Origin: a virus
Taxonomy: Duplodnaviria; Caudoviricetes
Virus record (IMG/VR): IMGVR_UViG_3300030095_004873
Span: 1 to 39,691 of that record
Direction: 5' to 3' (one strand)
DNA length: 39,691 bases
Below are positions 10,042 to 19,866 of the stretch, piece after piece; the stretch's first letter is position 1, and each line of letters opens with the position of its first letter. Below the pieces are notes generated by a model, which had not been told where the DNA came from, made no database searches, and saw only the letters and a program-made list of their open reading frames with translations. The translations under genes were made by a program, and so were the position numbers.

Positions 10042-13000
10042 TGGCATTAGAAAGTGTAGTATTTATACAAGGTAGAATGAATAAGTCTATCGATGAAAGG
10101 CTTCTACCTCAAGGAGAGTATGTAGATGCTCAGAATGTTCGTTTGGGTTCTACCGAAACGACAGAGGTTGGTGCTGTAGAAAACTCACGAGGTAACACAC
10201 GATTAACTACTTTACAATTTGCAGGACAAAACTTTTCCGCAAATGCTGTGTGTATAGGTGCATATGAAGATGGTATTACTGAAACTGTTTACTGGTTTGT
10301 GCACGATGCTAATAATCCTGTTACAGGAGGCAGATTAGATGCTGTGGTTTCATACAATACTCAAAATCAAGGAATTACTTATCATGTGCTTTCTGCAAGT
10401 GTTTTGAATTTTCAACCTACATATTTAATAACTGGTGTAAATCTGATTGATGATTTACTTTTTTGGACTGATGATATAAATCCTCCACGAAAAATAAATA
10501 TAAACAGAAGTTATGCATATCCTGCAAGTCCAGGTTATAATGATGTAGTAGTGGCAGAGGATTTTAATGTAATACAAAAACCACCTGGTTATGGAGCTGC
10601 AGATACTCTATCTGCTCCTTCATTAGAAATGGTAAATGTGAATGGACAAGAAAATTATTTAGAAAACAGATTTATTTCATTTGCATATAGATATAGATAT
10701 CAAGATGATGAATATAGTGCTACATCTTTATTTTCTTTACCTGCTTTTCAACCTAATAATTTCTTTTTCAGTCCAGCTAATTATGTAAATGAAGGAATGC
10801 TTAATAGATTTAATGCAGTTAATGTTTCATTTAACACTGGTTCATCAAGAGTTAAGCAAGTAGATTTACTTTATAAAGACTCAAACACAAATAGTATTTA
10901 TGTAATTGAAAGATTTGACAAAGATGACTATGGATGGGCAGATAATACCACTCAAACATTTTTGTTTACTAACAGTAAAATTTATACAACATTAGGTGCA
11001 GATGAATTATTAAGACTATATGATAATGTGCCAAGATTTGCAAAAGCACAAACCATAATGGGTAATAGACTTATTTATGGTAATTATGTAGATGGGTATA
11101 ATATGACAAATGCTTCTGGAGGAAGGATATCAGTAGATTATAGTACCTCTTTAAAAGCAGTTGATGTAGATTTTGAAATATTACCTGATGCAACTTTAAC
11201 TCAAGGTATAGCATATTCATTATCGGGCTCAAGCATACAATACAACAACTCTTTAGCTACTTTTGATTTAAGCAACATAGCTACAAAACTAAAAAAAGAT
11301 TCTACAATAAGATTTGTATTTAGAATTACTACAGATCAATTAAATGGAGATACAGCTAATGCTTGTTATTTGCCTACATTTAGTAATGGAGATGTATCAA
11401 TAACATTAAACTTTACTTTACCAACAGACTACAATAGTGTATACGATATGGCAAGTAGTAGTGAGTTTCAAGCAAGGGTTGGAACAGTTTTAAACACAAA
11501 TTATCAACCTATTGCAACATGTGCTGATGGAACTTCAGTAACTGATAATTTTAACTGTTCACTTTCGACACCAACAAATTGTACTGGATGGACAAAACAC
11601 AACAGTAGTATAACAGATGCAAGTTCTCAACAAGGATGGGGTGATTTTATAACAACTGTTCCTGGTTCAAACAACATATCGTTTCAACCACTTGCTATGA
11701 ACTACCGAGAAACAAATGCACCGGTAACTAATTTATTTGAATACTTTAGATTTGAAAGCGGTACAATAACATTTAGTGCATCATCTGATGTCGGAAGTTT
11801 ACATAGTAATAGAGATTATGAAACTGGAATTGTTTATATGGATGACTATGGCAGAGCCTCTACTGTATTGGTATCAGAATACAATACTATTTTTGTTCCT
11901 GCAGAAAACTCTGAGAAGAAAAATTCAATACAAGCTCGTATAAGTAGTTTACCTCCTTCTTGGGCTACAAGATATAAGTTTGTAGTAAAGCCAAGTAAAG
12001 GTAACTATGAAACAGTATATAGTAACTTCTTTTATGTGAGACCAAGTAATAATGTGGTTTATTTTAAATTAGAAGGAGACAATCAAAATAAATGTAAAAA
12101 AGGAGACACTTTAATTGTAAAGAGAGATGTTAATGGCCCACGACAATCATTAACTGAGTGTGAGGTATTAGATGTATCTGCAGAAGCAGAAGATTTTTTA
12201 GATACTCCAAATGAATTAGGTTCTGGTACACCAGGAACATCACATCAGATTGCTGGTTTATATATGCAAATAAAAGCACAAAACTTTTCTGTGGCAGGTG
12301 ATTTAGCAGATCCTGTTATAAACAATGGAGTTGAAAAATATAAAAGTAAAAATGAAAATAGGTGTAATGCTCAAGTAAATTATAAAGCATTTATAGAAAC
12401 CGCTGGACCTGTTTATGAAGTGTATGATGTACCTGCGGGTAGTATTATTACAATAAAATGTGAGTATGGAAGAAATGATAGAAGCGGACAAAATTGTCCA
12501 GGGATGAGATATGTTTATGATAAGTCTTTTACTGCTTCACAAAACTTTACTAATTTATATGAGTGGGCTATAGGTGATAACTTTGATCCTAACACAGGAA
12601 ACTGGGAGGAAGGCAATGCAGCTACAAGCATTTTTGTAACTACAATTGCAAGTTCTGCTGCTAATATACAATGTACAAGCCCTAATCCTTTTGAACCAAC
12701 TTGGCAGTTTTGGCAGGCTGGTTTTAGTGGGACAATTGATCCAGCGCAACCTTTATATCTTTCTGTAAGAAGTGGTATAAAGGGATGTAATAACTTATTT
12801 GGAGATTCTTTTTCTTACATAGAATTAGAAATTATAGTAACAAGAGCTAATGATTTATTGGTATTTGAAACAGAACCTACTGAAGCAAATGATGAAATAT
12901 TTTTTGATGCTTCTAAGGATTTTCCTATTACAGGAGGTTTTCATATAAGTGGCTCTGCTGATGGTGATCAAAATCAAACTGCAACTCAAGATGCAGTAGT

Positions 13001-14777
13001 AGATGTGCCTTTTATAAATTGTTACACATTTGGTAATGGAGTAGAAAGTTTTAAAATATTAGATAAAATAGCTACAAAAAGTTTGGTAATGGGGCAAAGA
13101 GCACTTGCGGTATCTAATGCAGACTTTAAGGAAGCAGATAGATTTGCTGGTTTAACTTATAGTGGAGTATTTAGTTATTCAACTAACACCAATAACTTAA
13201 ATGAATTTAATTTAGGATTAGTAAACTTTAAAGATTTAGAGCAAAACTTCGGACCAGTAATGAAATTACATGGTAGAGAAACAGATATACTTGTACTACA
13301 AGAAGATAAAATTAGTTATGTTCAACAAGGAAAAGACTTATTAAGTGATGCAGTAGGTGGTGGAGCTGTGGTTTCTACTCCAGAAGTATTAGGAAAACAA
13401 ATAGCAAGAATAGAAGAATATGGTATAAGTTTTAATCCTGAAAGTTTTATACAATGGGGTGATGCAATGTATTTTACAGATACTAAAAGGTCTGCAGTAA
13501 TTCAATTAGGTGCTCAAGGCGCAGCCGCAAGTCCTATAAGTATAGTTTCTGACATCGGAATGAGATCGTGGTTTAGGGATCAATTTGTAGAGCATTTAAC
13601 AACACAAAAATTAGGAGGGTATGATCCTTATATGGATGAATATGTTTTAAGTACAAACGACATACAAGTGCCTTTTCCAACAACACCAATAAAATGTGGA
13701 ACTACAATAACAATAAATAACCTTACTGCTGCTAAAACTTTTACTTTAGATTTTGGAGAAGTTATAGATAGTACAACTACAGTTAGTTTTACAGTTACTG
13801 GAACTGCATCTATAACTGGAGTTTGGAATAGCACTAATGCCACTCCTAATCCATTAAATTTAACTAATGCAAGTGGTACATTAACTTATAATAAATCTTT
13901 AAATACACCAACTACAGCTACAGTAACAATAACTCCAACTGGAAGTTGTTCGTTTACTATGACACCAAATTGTCCAGATGAAACTACTTTAACTGTTGTC
14001 CAGGTGGTGTTAAATTCAAGTAATGCTGCAGGTGATCAAATACATGTAGAATATGGATGGAGTGATACACAAACTATTAGCCCTATAGCAAGTACACAAT
14101 CTACTTTTGGCTCAAACAGTACAGTGGCATCGACATTTTTCTCACAAACTGGTGTTAGATCATTAGGAGTATTTCCTTACCAAGGTTCTAACTTTATGTT
14201 GAGAACTAATAAGTTAGAAGCAGACAATTATAATGTTGGTGATGGAAGTTATAAATTTAGCTTCTTATCAAGCAATACTCAGTATAACAATACTGTAGCG
14301 GACATAGCAACTTTAACTGCAGGAGCAAATATAATTGGAAGTGGTTTAGTTACAAACCCAACAGTAGATATTTACAAAGCAGACTTAACTCCTTCAACAA
14401 ATCCTGCATTTAGTATACCAAATGGAAATCAATACTTATATTTGATATATGATTTTAGAACTGTAAGTGCACAAGCATTGTGTTATGATGCAAGTTCTAC
14501 AACAGATGCATGTTGTGATTGTACATTTACTTGTACATCGTGGAGTGCAGGAGCAAGACAAGATAGTGCTGGAGTAGCTTGTCAACAACAACTAACAAAA
14601 ACATATTATTTTTTAAATACACCAACTCCTTCAACATATCCAGTAATTGGTAGTATCGTATTTACAAGTACAACTTGTGATGCCACTTCCACTTTACCAT
14701 CAGGATATTATAAATATACAAGTGGTTGGTTAAGAGTAGATAATAATGGAATAGTAATACAACAAGGAACATGTTAA
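10041..14777 (+). CDS. Tail stabilisation / muzzle (nozzle) protein, N-terminal part, with Cys-rich C-terminal extension
   Basis: 1578 aa. GRMNKSIDERLLPQGEYVDAQN start, LFWTDDINPPRKIN, FAYRYRYQDDEYS, YGISFNPESF and GGYDPYMDEY are motifs I recognise from P22 gp10-like/crAss muzzle proteins. Confidence 0.75.
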   Translation: MALESVVFIQGRMNKSIDERLLPQGEYVDAQNVRLGSTETTEVGAVENSRGNTRLTTLQFAGQNFSANAVCIGAYEDGITETVYWFVHDANNPVTGGRLDAVVSYNTQNQGITYHVLSASVLNFQPTYLITGVNLIDDLLFWTDDINPPRKININRSYAYPASPGYNDVVVAEDFNVIQKPPGYGAADTLSAPSLEMVNVNGQENYLENRFISFAYRYRYQDDEYSATSLFSLPAFQPNNFFFSPANYVNEGMLNRFNAVNVSFNTGSSRVKQVDLLYKDSNTNSIYVIERFDKDDYGWADNTTQTFLFTNSKIYTTLGADELLRLYDNVPRFAKAQTIMGNRLIYGNYVDGYNMTNASGGRISVDYSTSLKAVDVDFEILPDATLTQGIAYSLSGSSIQYNNSLATFDLSNIATKLKKDSTIRFVFRITTDQLNGDTANACYLPTFSNGDVSITLNFTLPTDYNSVYDMASSSEFQARVGTVLNTNYQPIATCADGTSVTDNFNCSLSTPTNCTGWTKHNSSITDASSQQGWGDFITTVPGSNNISFQPLAMNYRETNAPVTNLFEYFRFESGTITFSASSDVGSLHSNRDYETGIVYMDDYGRASTVLVSEYNTIFVPAENSEKKNSIQARISSLPPSWATRYKFVVKPSKGNYETVYSNFFYVRPSNNVVYFKLEGDNQNKCKKGDTLIVKRDVNGPRQSLTECEVLDVSAEAEDFLDTPNELGSGTPGTSHQIAGLYMQIKAQNFSVAGDLADPVINNGVEKYKSKNENRCNAQVNYKAFIETAGPVYEVYDVPAGSIITIKCEYGRNDRSGQNCPGMRYVYDKSFTASQNFTNLYEWAIGDNFDPNTGNWEEGNAATSIFVTTIASSAANIQCTSPNPFEPTWQFWQAGFSGTIDPAQPLYLSVRSGIKGCNNLFGDSFSYIELEIIVTRANDLLVFETEPTEANDEIFFDASKDFPITGGFHISGSADGDQNQTATQDAVVDVPFINCYTFGNGVESFKILDKIATKSLVMGQRALAVSNADFKEADRFAGLTYSGVFSYSTNTNNLNEFNLGLVNFKDLEQNFGPVMKLHGRETDILVLQEDKISYVQQGKDLLSDAVGGGAVVSTPEVLGKQIARIEEYGISFNPESFIQWGDAMYFTDTKRSAVIQLGAQGAAASPISIVSDIGMRSWFRDQFVEHLTTQKLGGYDPYMDEYVLSTNDIQVPFPTTPIKCGTTITINNLTAAKTFTLDFGEVIDSTTTVSFTVTGTASITGVWNSTNATPNPLNLTNASGTLTYNKSLNTPTTATVTITPTGSCSFTMTPNCPDETTLTVVQVVLNSSNAAGDQIHVEYGWSDTQTISPIASTQSTFGSNSTVASTFFSQTGVRSLGVFPYQGSNFMLRTNKLEADNYNVGDGSYKFSFLSSNTQYNNTVADIATLTAGANIIGSGLVTNPTVDIYKADLTPSTNPAFSIPNGNQYLYLIYDFRTVSAQALCYDASSTTDACCDCTFTCTSWSAGARQDSAGVACQQQLTKTYYFLNTPTPSTYPVIGSIVFTSTTCDATSTLPSGYYKYTSGWLRVDNNGIVIQQGTC

Positions 14778-14781
14778 AATT

Positions 14782-15987
14782 ATGGCTGGAACTATAGGAA
14801 CATATTATTTTGATGGTACAAGCTTTGCAAATGCAAGTATGCTTTACACTGATGCATCTCTTTCAACAGTTGCACCAAATGGATATTATACGCAAAACGA
14901 TATAATAAGACAATTAGTTGGAGGACCTGGTAACCCTGTGTTATTACAAGCACAAGCATGTGTATCCTGTAGTGTACCCTGTGGATCTGGTGTTAGTGGT
15001 AATGGTGGAACAGGGAAATACTTATTAACAATGAATTTAGGAAATTCAACTGGTGCAGTTAAAGTAACTTTTAATCCAGCAAGTATACCTGATAAATGCT
15101 CGTGGACTTATGATTCAGTTACAAGAAGCGAATACTCTTCTGCGACTGAAGGATATTTACAGGGAGTTATTGGAACAGTATCATCAGGAAATTCTTGTAG
15201 TGGCTTACCTTTAACTAATGCAAATGGTAGTAATGGACAAACAACAACTGGAGCAACTTATTTATATGATGCGGGTAGTAACTCTTTTGTAAATCAAGGT
15301 ACACCAGCAACATTAGGACCTTATGCTAATCAAGCTGCGGGTGGTATAGATTTAACTACTAATGCACCAGGTAACTGTATTATGGTTGTACCAAAACCAA
15401 ATGCTACTCCAGAAACAGTAGATTTTGTAATTGAAGGACCATGTGGTAGTACAGGTTGGAATATTTCAGTTTTATGTCCTGTTGCACTAACAAGTTTTAC
15501 CGCAAGTGCGGGAGCTGGAACTCAGCAATTAGCATGTGCACAAGATCACACTACTAATACATATTATAATATGCCAGTGGCGGGAACTGCGGGTAATCCA
15601 GCAGTAACAGATTGGATATTTACTGATGCAAATGGAGTGAATAAAGCTGCAGATAATTATTATAAAATAAGCAGCAATCAAGAGATGCATGTTGTAAATG
15701 GTGTGTTACAAGGAATTAGTCTTTGTGTTTCATCTTATCTTTCAAGTGCAATGGGAGTGTTTAATGATTTCTGTGGTGGCACAGCACCTGGACCTCCAAG
15801 TCAAACATATTATCATACTGGATCTGGTTCACTACCAGTTGCAAATGATTTTGTATATAGCAATCCTCAAGGGACTGTTGCTTTATCCGATGGTTATTAT
15901 TATTTAGGAGGAGTATCTCCTAATAGATATGTTATTAGAGTAGTCGGAGGTAATGGACAAGTATCATCAAATCAATTATGTAATTAA
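14782..15987 (+). CDS. Gly/Thr/Cys-rich tail-associated protein (putative receptor-binding/adhesion)
   Basis: 401 aa with three copies of a TYY...YY...C module also found at the muzzle C-terminus. Confidence 0.65.
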   Translation: MAGTIGTYYFDGTSFANASMLYTDASLSTVAPNGYYTQNDIIRQLVGGPGNPVLLQAQACVSCSVPCGSGVSGNGGTGKYLLTMNLGNSTGAVKVTFNPASIPDKCSWTYDSVTRSEYSSATEGYLQGVIGTVSSGNSCSGLPLTNANGSNGQTTTGATYLYDAGSNSFVNQGTPATLGPYANQAAGGIDLTTNAPGNCIMVVPKPNATPETVDFVIEGPCGSTGWNISVLCPVALTSFTASAGAGTQQLACAQDHTTNTYYNMPVAGTAGNPAVTDWIFTDANGVNKAADNYYKISSNQEMHVVNGVLQGISLCVSSYLSSAMGVFNDFCGGTAPGPPSQTYYHTGSGSLPVANDFVYSNPQGTVALSDGYYYLGGVSPNRYVIRVVGGNGQVSSNQLCN

Positions 15988-15988
15988 T

Positions 15989-16771
15989 ATGGCAACTTAT
16001 ACACTAACATATACAAATAATTCAGGAGTCGATGGAAGAGGTGGATGGCCATCCTTCTATTCGTTTCAACCTGAATTTATGATTGGAATGAATAGTTATT
16101 TTTACACTTTTAGTGGAGGAAATATTTTTAGACACAACACTAATAATAATAGAAATGAATATTATGAAGTTCCAGGAAACTTAGCACCTTCTTCTATCAC
16201 AAGTGTATTTAACCCTCGACCTATAAAAGATATAAAACTATTTAAAACCATGTCTTTTGAAAGTAATGCTGCATGGTCTTGTACACAATTAGCTACTGAC
16301 TTGAGTGCGGGTTCTATGTTAGGAACATACTTTGAACAAAAAGAGGGAGAGTGGTTTACATTTATTAGAAATAATGAAGGAACAATTAATTGGAGAGAGA
16401 GATCTGCAAATGGTATTGGGGCGTGTGCTTCAGTACAAGGTCCTACTGCAGCGACTATAGTAGGATTTAATTCACCAGTAGGAAGTATTATAAGTATAGG
16501 TGATTTAGTATATAAAGGTACAAATCCACCAGTATTAGCAGGAACAGTAACTGCAATTGATAACACTGCACCTGATTTTAGTATCACTATTGATGCTACA
16601 CTTCCAGCAGTTGCACCAGTTCAAGGTGATTTTATAGCTTATATTAAAAATAGTGTTGCTGAATCTCATGGAGCAAGAGGATATTATATGGAGTTTACAT
16701 TATCTAATGCATTAACATCAGCAGTAGAGTTATATTCTGTCGGTAGTAGTGTGATGAAAAGTTATCCATAG
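15989..16771 (+). CDS. Tail protein resembling the C-terminal part of crAss-like muzzle proteins
   Basis: 260 aa from ATG 15989, 1 nt after the upstream stop. Motifs TLTY...GWPSFYSFQPEFMIGMN, KLFKTMSFES, KEGEWF and GARGYYM. Confidence 0.7.
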   Translation: MATYTLTYTNNSGVDGRGGWPSFYSFQPEFMIGMNSYFYTFSGGNIFRHNTNNNRNEYYEVPGNLAPSSITSVFNPRPIKDIKLFKTMSFESNAAWSCTQLATDLSAGSMLGTYFEQKEGEWFTFIRNNEGTINWRERSANGIGACASVQGPTAATIVGFNSPVGSIISIGDLVYKGTNPPVLAGTVTAIDNTAPDFSITIDATLPAVAPVQGDFIAYIKNSVAESHGARGYYMEFTLSNALTSAVELYSVGSSVMKSYP

Positions 16772-16779
16772 ATTTTTAT

Positions 16780-16787
16780 TATCTTTG
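16780..16787 (+). promoter_or_regulatory. Bacteroidota-type -7 promoter box (TATCTTTG) for the ejection-protein operon
   Basis: Intergenic TAnnTTTG only 7 nt before ATG 16795, implying a near-leaderless transcript. Confidence 0.6.
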
Positions 16788-16794
16788 TCGTAGA

Positions 16795-17205
16795 ATGCAA
16801 TTAAATATACAACCACTCAAAGCCACTGACTATGAGGAGATTTTATGTAAGTGGTGGAAAGATTGGAGATGGACTCCACCCCCTCAAGATTTTTTACCTG
16901 AAAATGGTACTGGAGGATTAATGGTTTATGATGGAGATACACCAGTAGTAGCTGGATATCTGTATAATACAAACTCTAATGTGGTGTGGATAGATTGGAT
17001 AGTATCTAATTTTAAATATAAAAATAAAGAAAATAGAAAACTTGCAATCAAATTATTAATTTTAGCATTAGAAGATAGAACTAAACAATTAGGAAAATAT
17101 ATTTGTTATGCACTCATTAAAAATAAATCTTTAATTTCTACTTACAAAGAATTAGGTTATACTCAAGGTGATGCATATAGTACAGAATTAATAAAAAGAA
17201 TATAA
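16795..17205 (+). CDS. GNAT-fold-like protein (position of T7 gp13-like protein)
   Basis: 136 aa with GNAT-like topology (LMVYDGDTPVVAGYLY, WIDWIVSN, YKELGY); sits between tail and ejection genes as in many podophages. Confidence 0.55.
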   Translation: MQLNIQPLKATDYEEILCKWWKDWRWTPPPQDFLPENGTGGLMVYDGDTPVVAGYLYNTNSNVVWIDWIVSNFKYKNKENRKLAIKLLILALEDRTKQLGKYICYALIKNKSLISTYKELGYTQGDAYSTELIKRI

Positions 17206-17206
17206 T

Positions 17207-17821
17207 ATGGCAGGATTTACTACATTGGCGGCAGGAGTCGGAGCAGCAACAGCACTTGGTGGCGGTTTAATGTCTTTCGGTCAGTCCGCAAAAGCATCTA
17301 AACAAGCGGCAGATGCACAAAAAAAAGCTGATAGGCTAATGGCAGAAGCTCGAAAAAATGCACAGAAAGATGTATACGCAAAACTACAAGTTCCATTAGA
17401 TGCATTTAACGAACAATATAGACAAACAAACCAAGCTGCAACTGCTGGTATACAAGCACTACAAGAAGGTGATGCAAGAACACTTGCGGCTGGTATAGGA
17501 CAAATCTCAGGAGCAGTTAATGAAGCTACAGAGAAAACAAGAATTGATAAAGCAGAAGCTTTATTTGGTTTAGAAAAAGACAAAGCAACTTCTCAAGAAA
17601 ATATTAAACAACAACTAATAGCCATGGATTCGGGTGCTGCAAAAGATGCTGAAATGAAAGCAGCAGATAAAGAAAAAATTGCCGCTTCAAGTTTACAACA
17701 AGGTATTAAACAAGCTGGAAAAGGAGCAGTAGGTGTAGCAGGTATGGCGAAGGGATTGTTTGGTGATGAAGACTTGACCCCTGAAGAGTTAGACGCTTTA
17801 TTTAAATACTTAAAGGATTAG
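17207..17821 (+). CDS. Small DNA-ejection / internal virion protein
   Basis: 204 aa. Hydrophobic Gly/Ala N-terminus, Ala/Gln coiled coil and Gly-rich C-terminus, typical of pilot/ejection proteins. Confidence 0.6.
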   Translation: MAGFTTLAAGVGAATALGGGLMSFGQSAKASKQAADAQKKADRLMAEARKNAQKDVYAKLQVPLDAFNEQYRQTNQAATAGIQALQEGDARTLAAGIGQISGAVNEATEKTRIDKAEALFGLEKDKATSQENIKQQLIAMDSGAAKDAEMKAADKEKIAASSLQQGIKQAGKGAVGVAGMAKGLFGDEDLTPEELDALFKYLKD

Positions 17822-17842
17822 TAGGTAGTTAAAAAAAAATTT

Positions 17843-19864
17843 ATGGCATTACAAGAAAAATCATTTCAACCACAAGACTATCAAAAGTATGTACAGAGAG
17901 GTCCTGATCATTATGTGAACTGGGAGAAGATGTCTCAAGATGTCACTAAACTTTTTACAGATGAGGCTACTCGTAGAGAAAATGTAAAGGCAGATATTGA
18001 TGAAAGAACTCAATCGTTATATGATCAGTTAGCAGAAGTTGAAGTAAATAAAGATGGAAAATGGAGTGATGAAGTTTTATCATCTGCTAATCAAATTCGT
18101 AAAGCTTTAGGCACTTACAATTCTTTATTAAAAAAAGGAGCTATATCTGTTACAGAATATAAAACTCAAATGGAAAGAGTTAAAGGACAAATGTCTGAGC
18201 TTAATATAATTACTAAAGAATTAGGTTCTACTTATGATTTACATCAAGGTAGATTAGCGGTTGGAGAGAATGGAGAAGTATTAGCAGCTCCTGATGAGAT
18301 AGCGGTATTTAATTCTGCAAGTGGATATGGTAAATTAAAAAATACCAAGATATATATCGATCCAGTTACTATGAATGCATTTATGTATAAATTAGATGAT
18401 GATGGTAAGATTCCAGACTTTACAAAAAACCCTGAGAAATTTTTAGCAGTAAATAATTCAAGAGCAATTTTAAATTATACTAACGACAGAAGTCAATATG
18501 TTATATCTGATGTATCAAAAAATTATGTTGATGACATAGGTAAATTTGTTTCTGAAAGTTTACAGAGATTTAGTGGTGAATTTAGAGATGGTACTTATGT
18601 GTTGAGTGAAGAAGGTATTAGAGCTATGAATAATTCAGGATTCGGTGATGATATCAATGCCGAAATGAGTGATTTAAAAAACATAATATTTGAAAAACTA
18701 ACTGCTGAGGGAGACAAAGGTCTTGCTAATACCATCTCTACATTAAATGGTGACTACATAATGGCAATGAGTGAGGATGAGTTTAAGAAAAAAGGTGGTA
18801 CAGATTTAAAATATTTTATTAAAATAGATCCTGATGCTGCAGATGGAATGACATATGAATTTAGTAGTGATGCTGCAAGAGATGCGGCTATTGCTGAGAT
18901 AAAAGAAAATGTTGGTGAAAATGTTGAGTTGATGGTAGGTAAGTCTATTAAAGTAAGTAATCCTACATATGAACCTGGTGAAAGTGCTGTTCAAGCAGGT
19001 GAAGGTGCTAACAATGATCTTGCTGCAGGTTACTTTAGAGATTTAAAAAATATAGTAGGTGGTGGTGAAGGAAACTTCAGTGCATCAGTAGAAGACTTAA
19101 AGGATAAAGCTAATGCAAGATTAGCTGATTCAGGTTCTCAAATTACTGATATAACAAGAGAGAAAAACTTTATTGAAATTGTAATAGTAGATTCAAAAGG
19201 TAATAGAACTGTTAAAAAAATAGATAGGTTTGAGACAGATGATAAGGGAGCTTATACAGATGTAAAAATTCCTGACTCAGTAATATATCAAAAACTTAAC
19301 ACTGAATTAAGACCTTCAGGTATGGATGACTCATTCGAGTCTTTAGAAACTGCAGCTACTGATGGAGGGTTTAATTATGACTTTGAAGAGGGTACATACT
19401 TTGGGGATGAAACACGAACCAATGTTGCTCCTTACACAGAAAAAACTCATAAACCTTTTAGCGATACATTTACTGTAGGTGATGATGCAAAGGCGGTAAA
19501 ATATTCAAATACTTTGCAAAGTAAAATTAGTGCAACAGGTTATAGTAATCAATTGAGTCAGTTTAAATCACATTTACCTGGTGAGTTATCTTCAGCTTTA
19601 AGCAAACAAGGTATAGATATTAAGCCAAGTGGCTTTGTAATTACAGGTACAGATTTAACAGGTGGTAGTAATGAATTTAAAATTTCATACACTAACCCTT
19701 ACAATGGTAAGAAAAGTAGCAAAACATTCTTATTTAATACTCATAATTCATCTACAGACAATACTACTGATATTATGAATGCAATGGATACTGTTATGAA
19801 TGATATTATAGCAGAGTCAAACAGAACAAAAGGAGGAACAGAAAATAACCAAGGAGCACCATAG
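17843..19864 (+). CDS. Putative internal virion / ejection protein
   Basis: 673 aa, helical N-terminal half, located between the small ejection protein and the giant protein. Confidence 0.55.
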   Translation: MALQEKSFQPQDYQKYVQRGPDHYVNWEKMSQDVTKLFTDEATRRENVKADIDERTQSLYDQLAEVEVNKDGKWSDEVLSSANQIRKALGTYNSLLKKGAISVTEYKTQMERVKGQMSELNIITKELGSTYDLHQGRLAVGENGEVLAAPDEIAVFNSASGYGKLKNTKIYIDPVTMNAFMYKLDDDGKIPDFTKNPEKFLAVNNSRAILNYTNDRSQYVISDVSKNYVDDIGKFVSESLQRFSGEFRDGTYVLSEEGIRAMNNSGFGDDINAEMSDLKNIIFEKLTAEGDKGLANTISTLNGDYIMAMSEDEFKKKGGTDLKYFIKIDPDAADGMTYEFSSDAARDAAIAEIKENVGENVELMVGKSIKVSNPTYEPGESAVQAGEGANNDLAAGYFRDLKNIVGGGEGNFSASVEDLKDKANARLADSGSQITDITREKNFIEIVIVDSKGNRTVKKIDRFETDDKGAYTDVKIPDSVIYQKLNTELRPSGMDDSFESLETAATDGGFNYDFEEGTYFGDETRTNVAPYTEKTHKPFSDTFTVGDDAKAVKYSNTLQSKISATGYSNQLSQFKSHLPGELSSALSKQGIDIKPSGFVITGTDLTGGSNEFKISYTNPYNGKKSSKTFLFNTHNSSTDNTTDIMNAMDTVMNDIIAESNRTKGGTENNQGAP

Positions 19865-19866
19865 AT

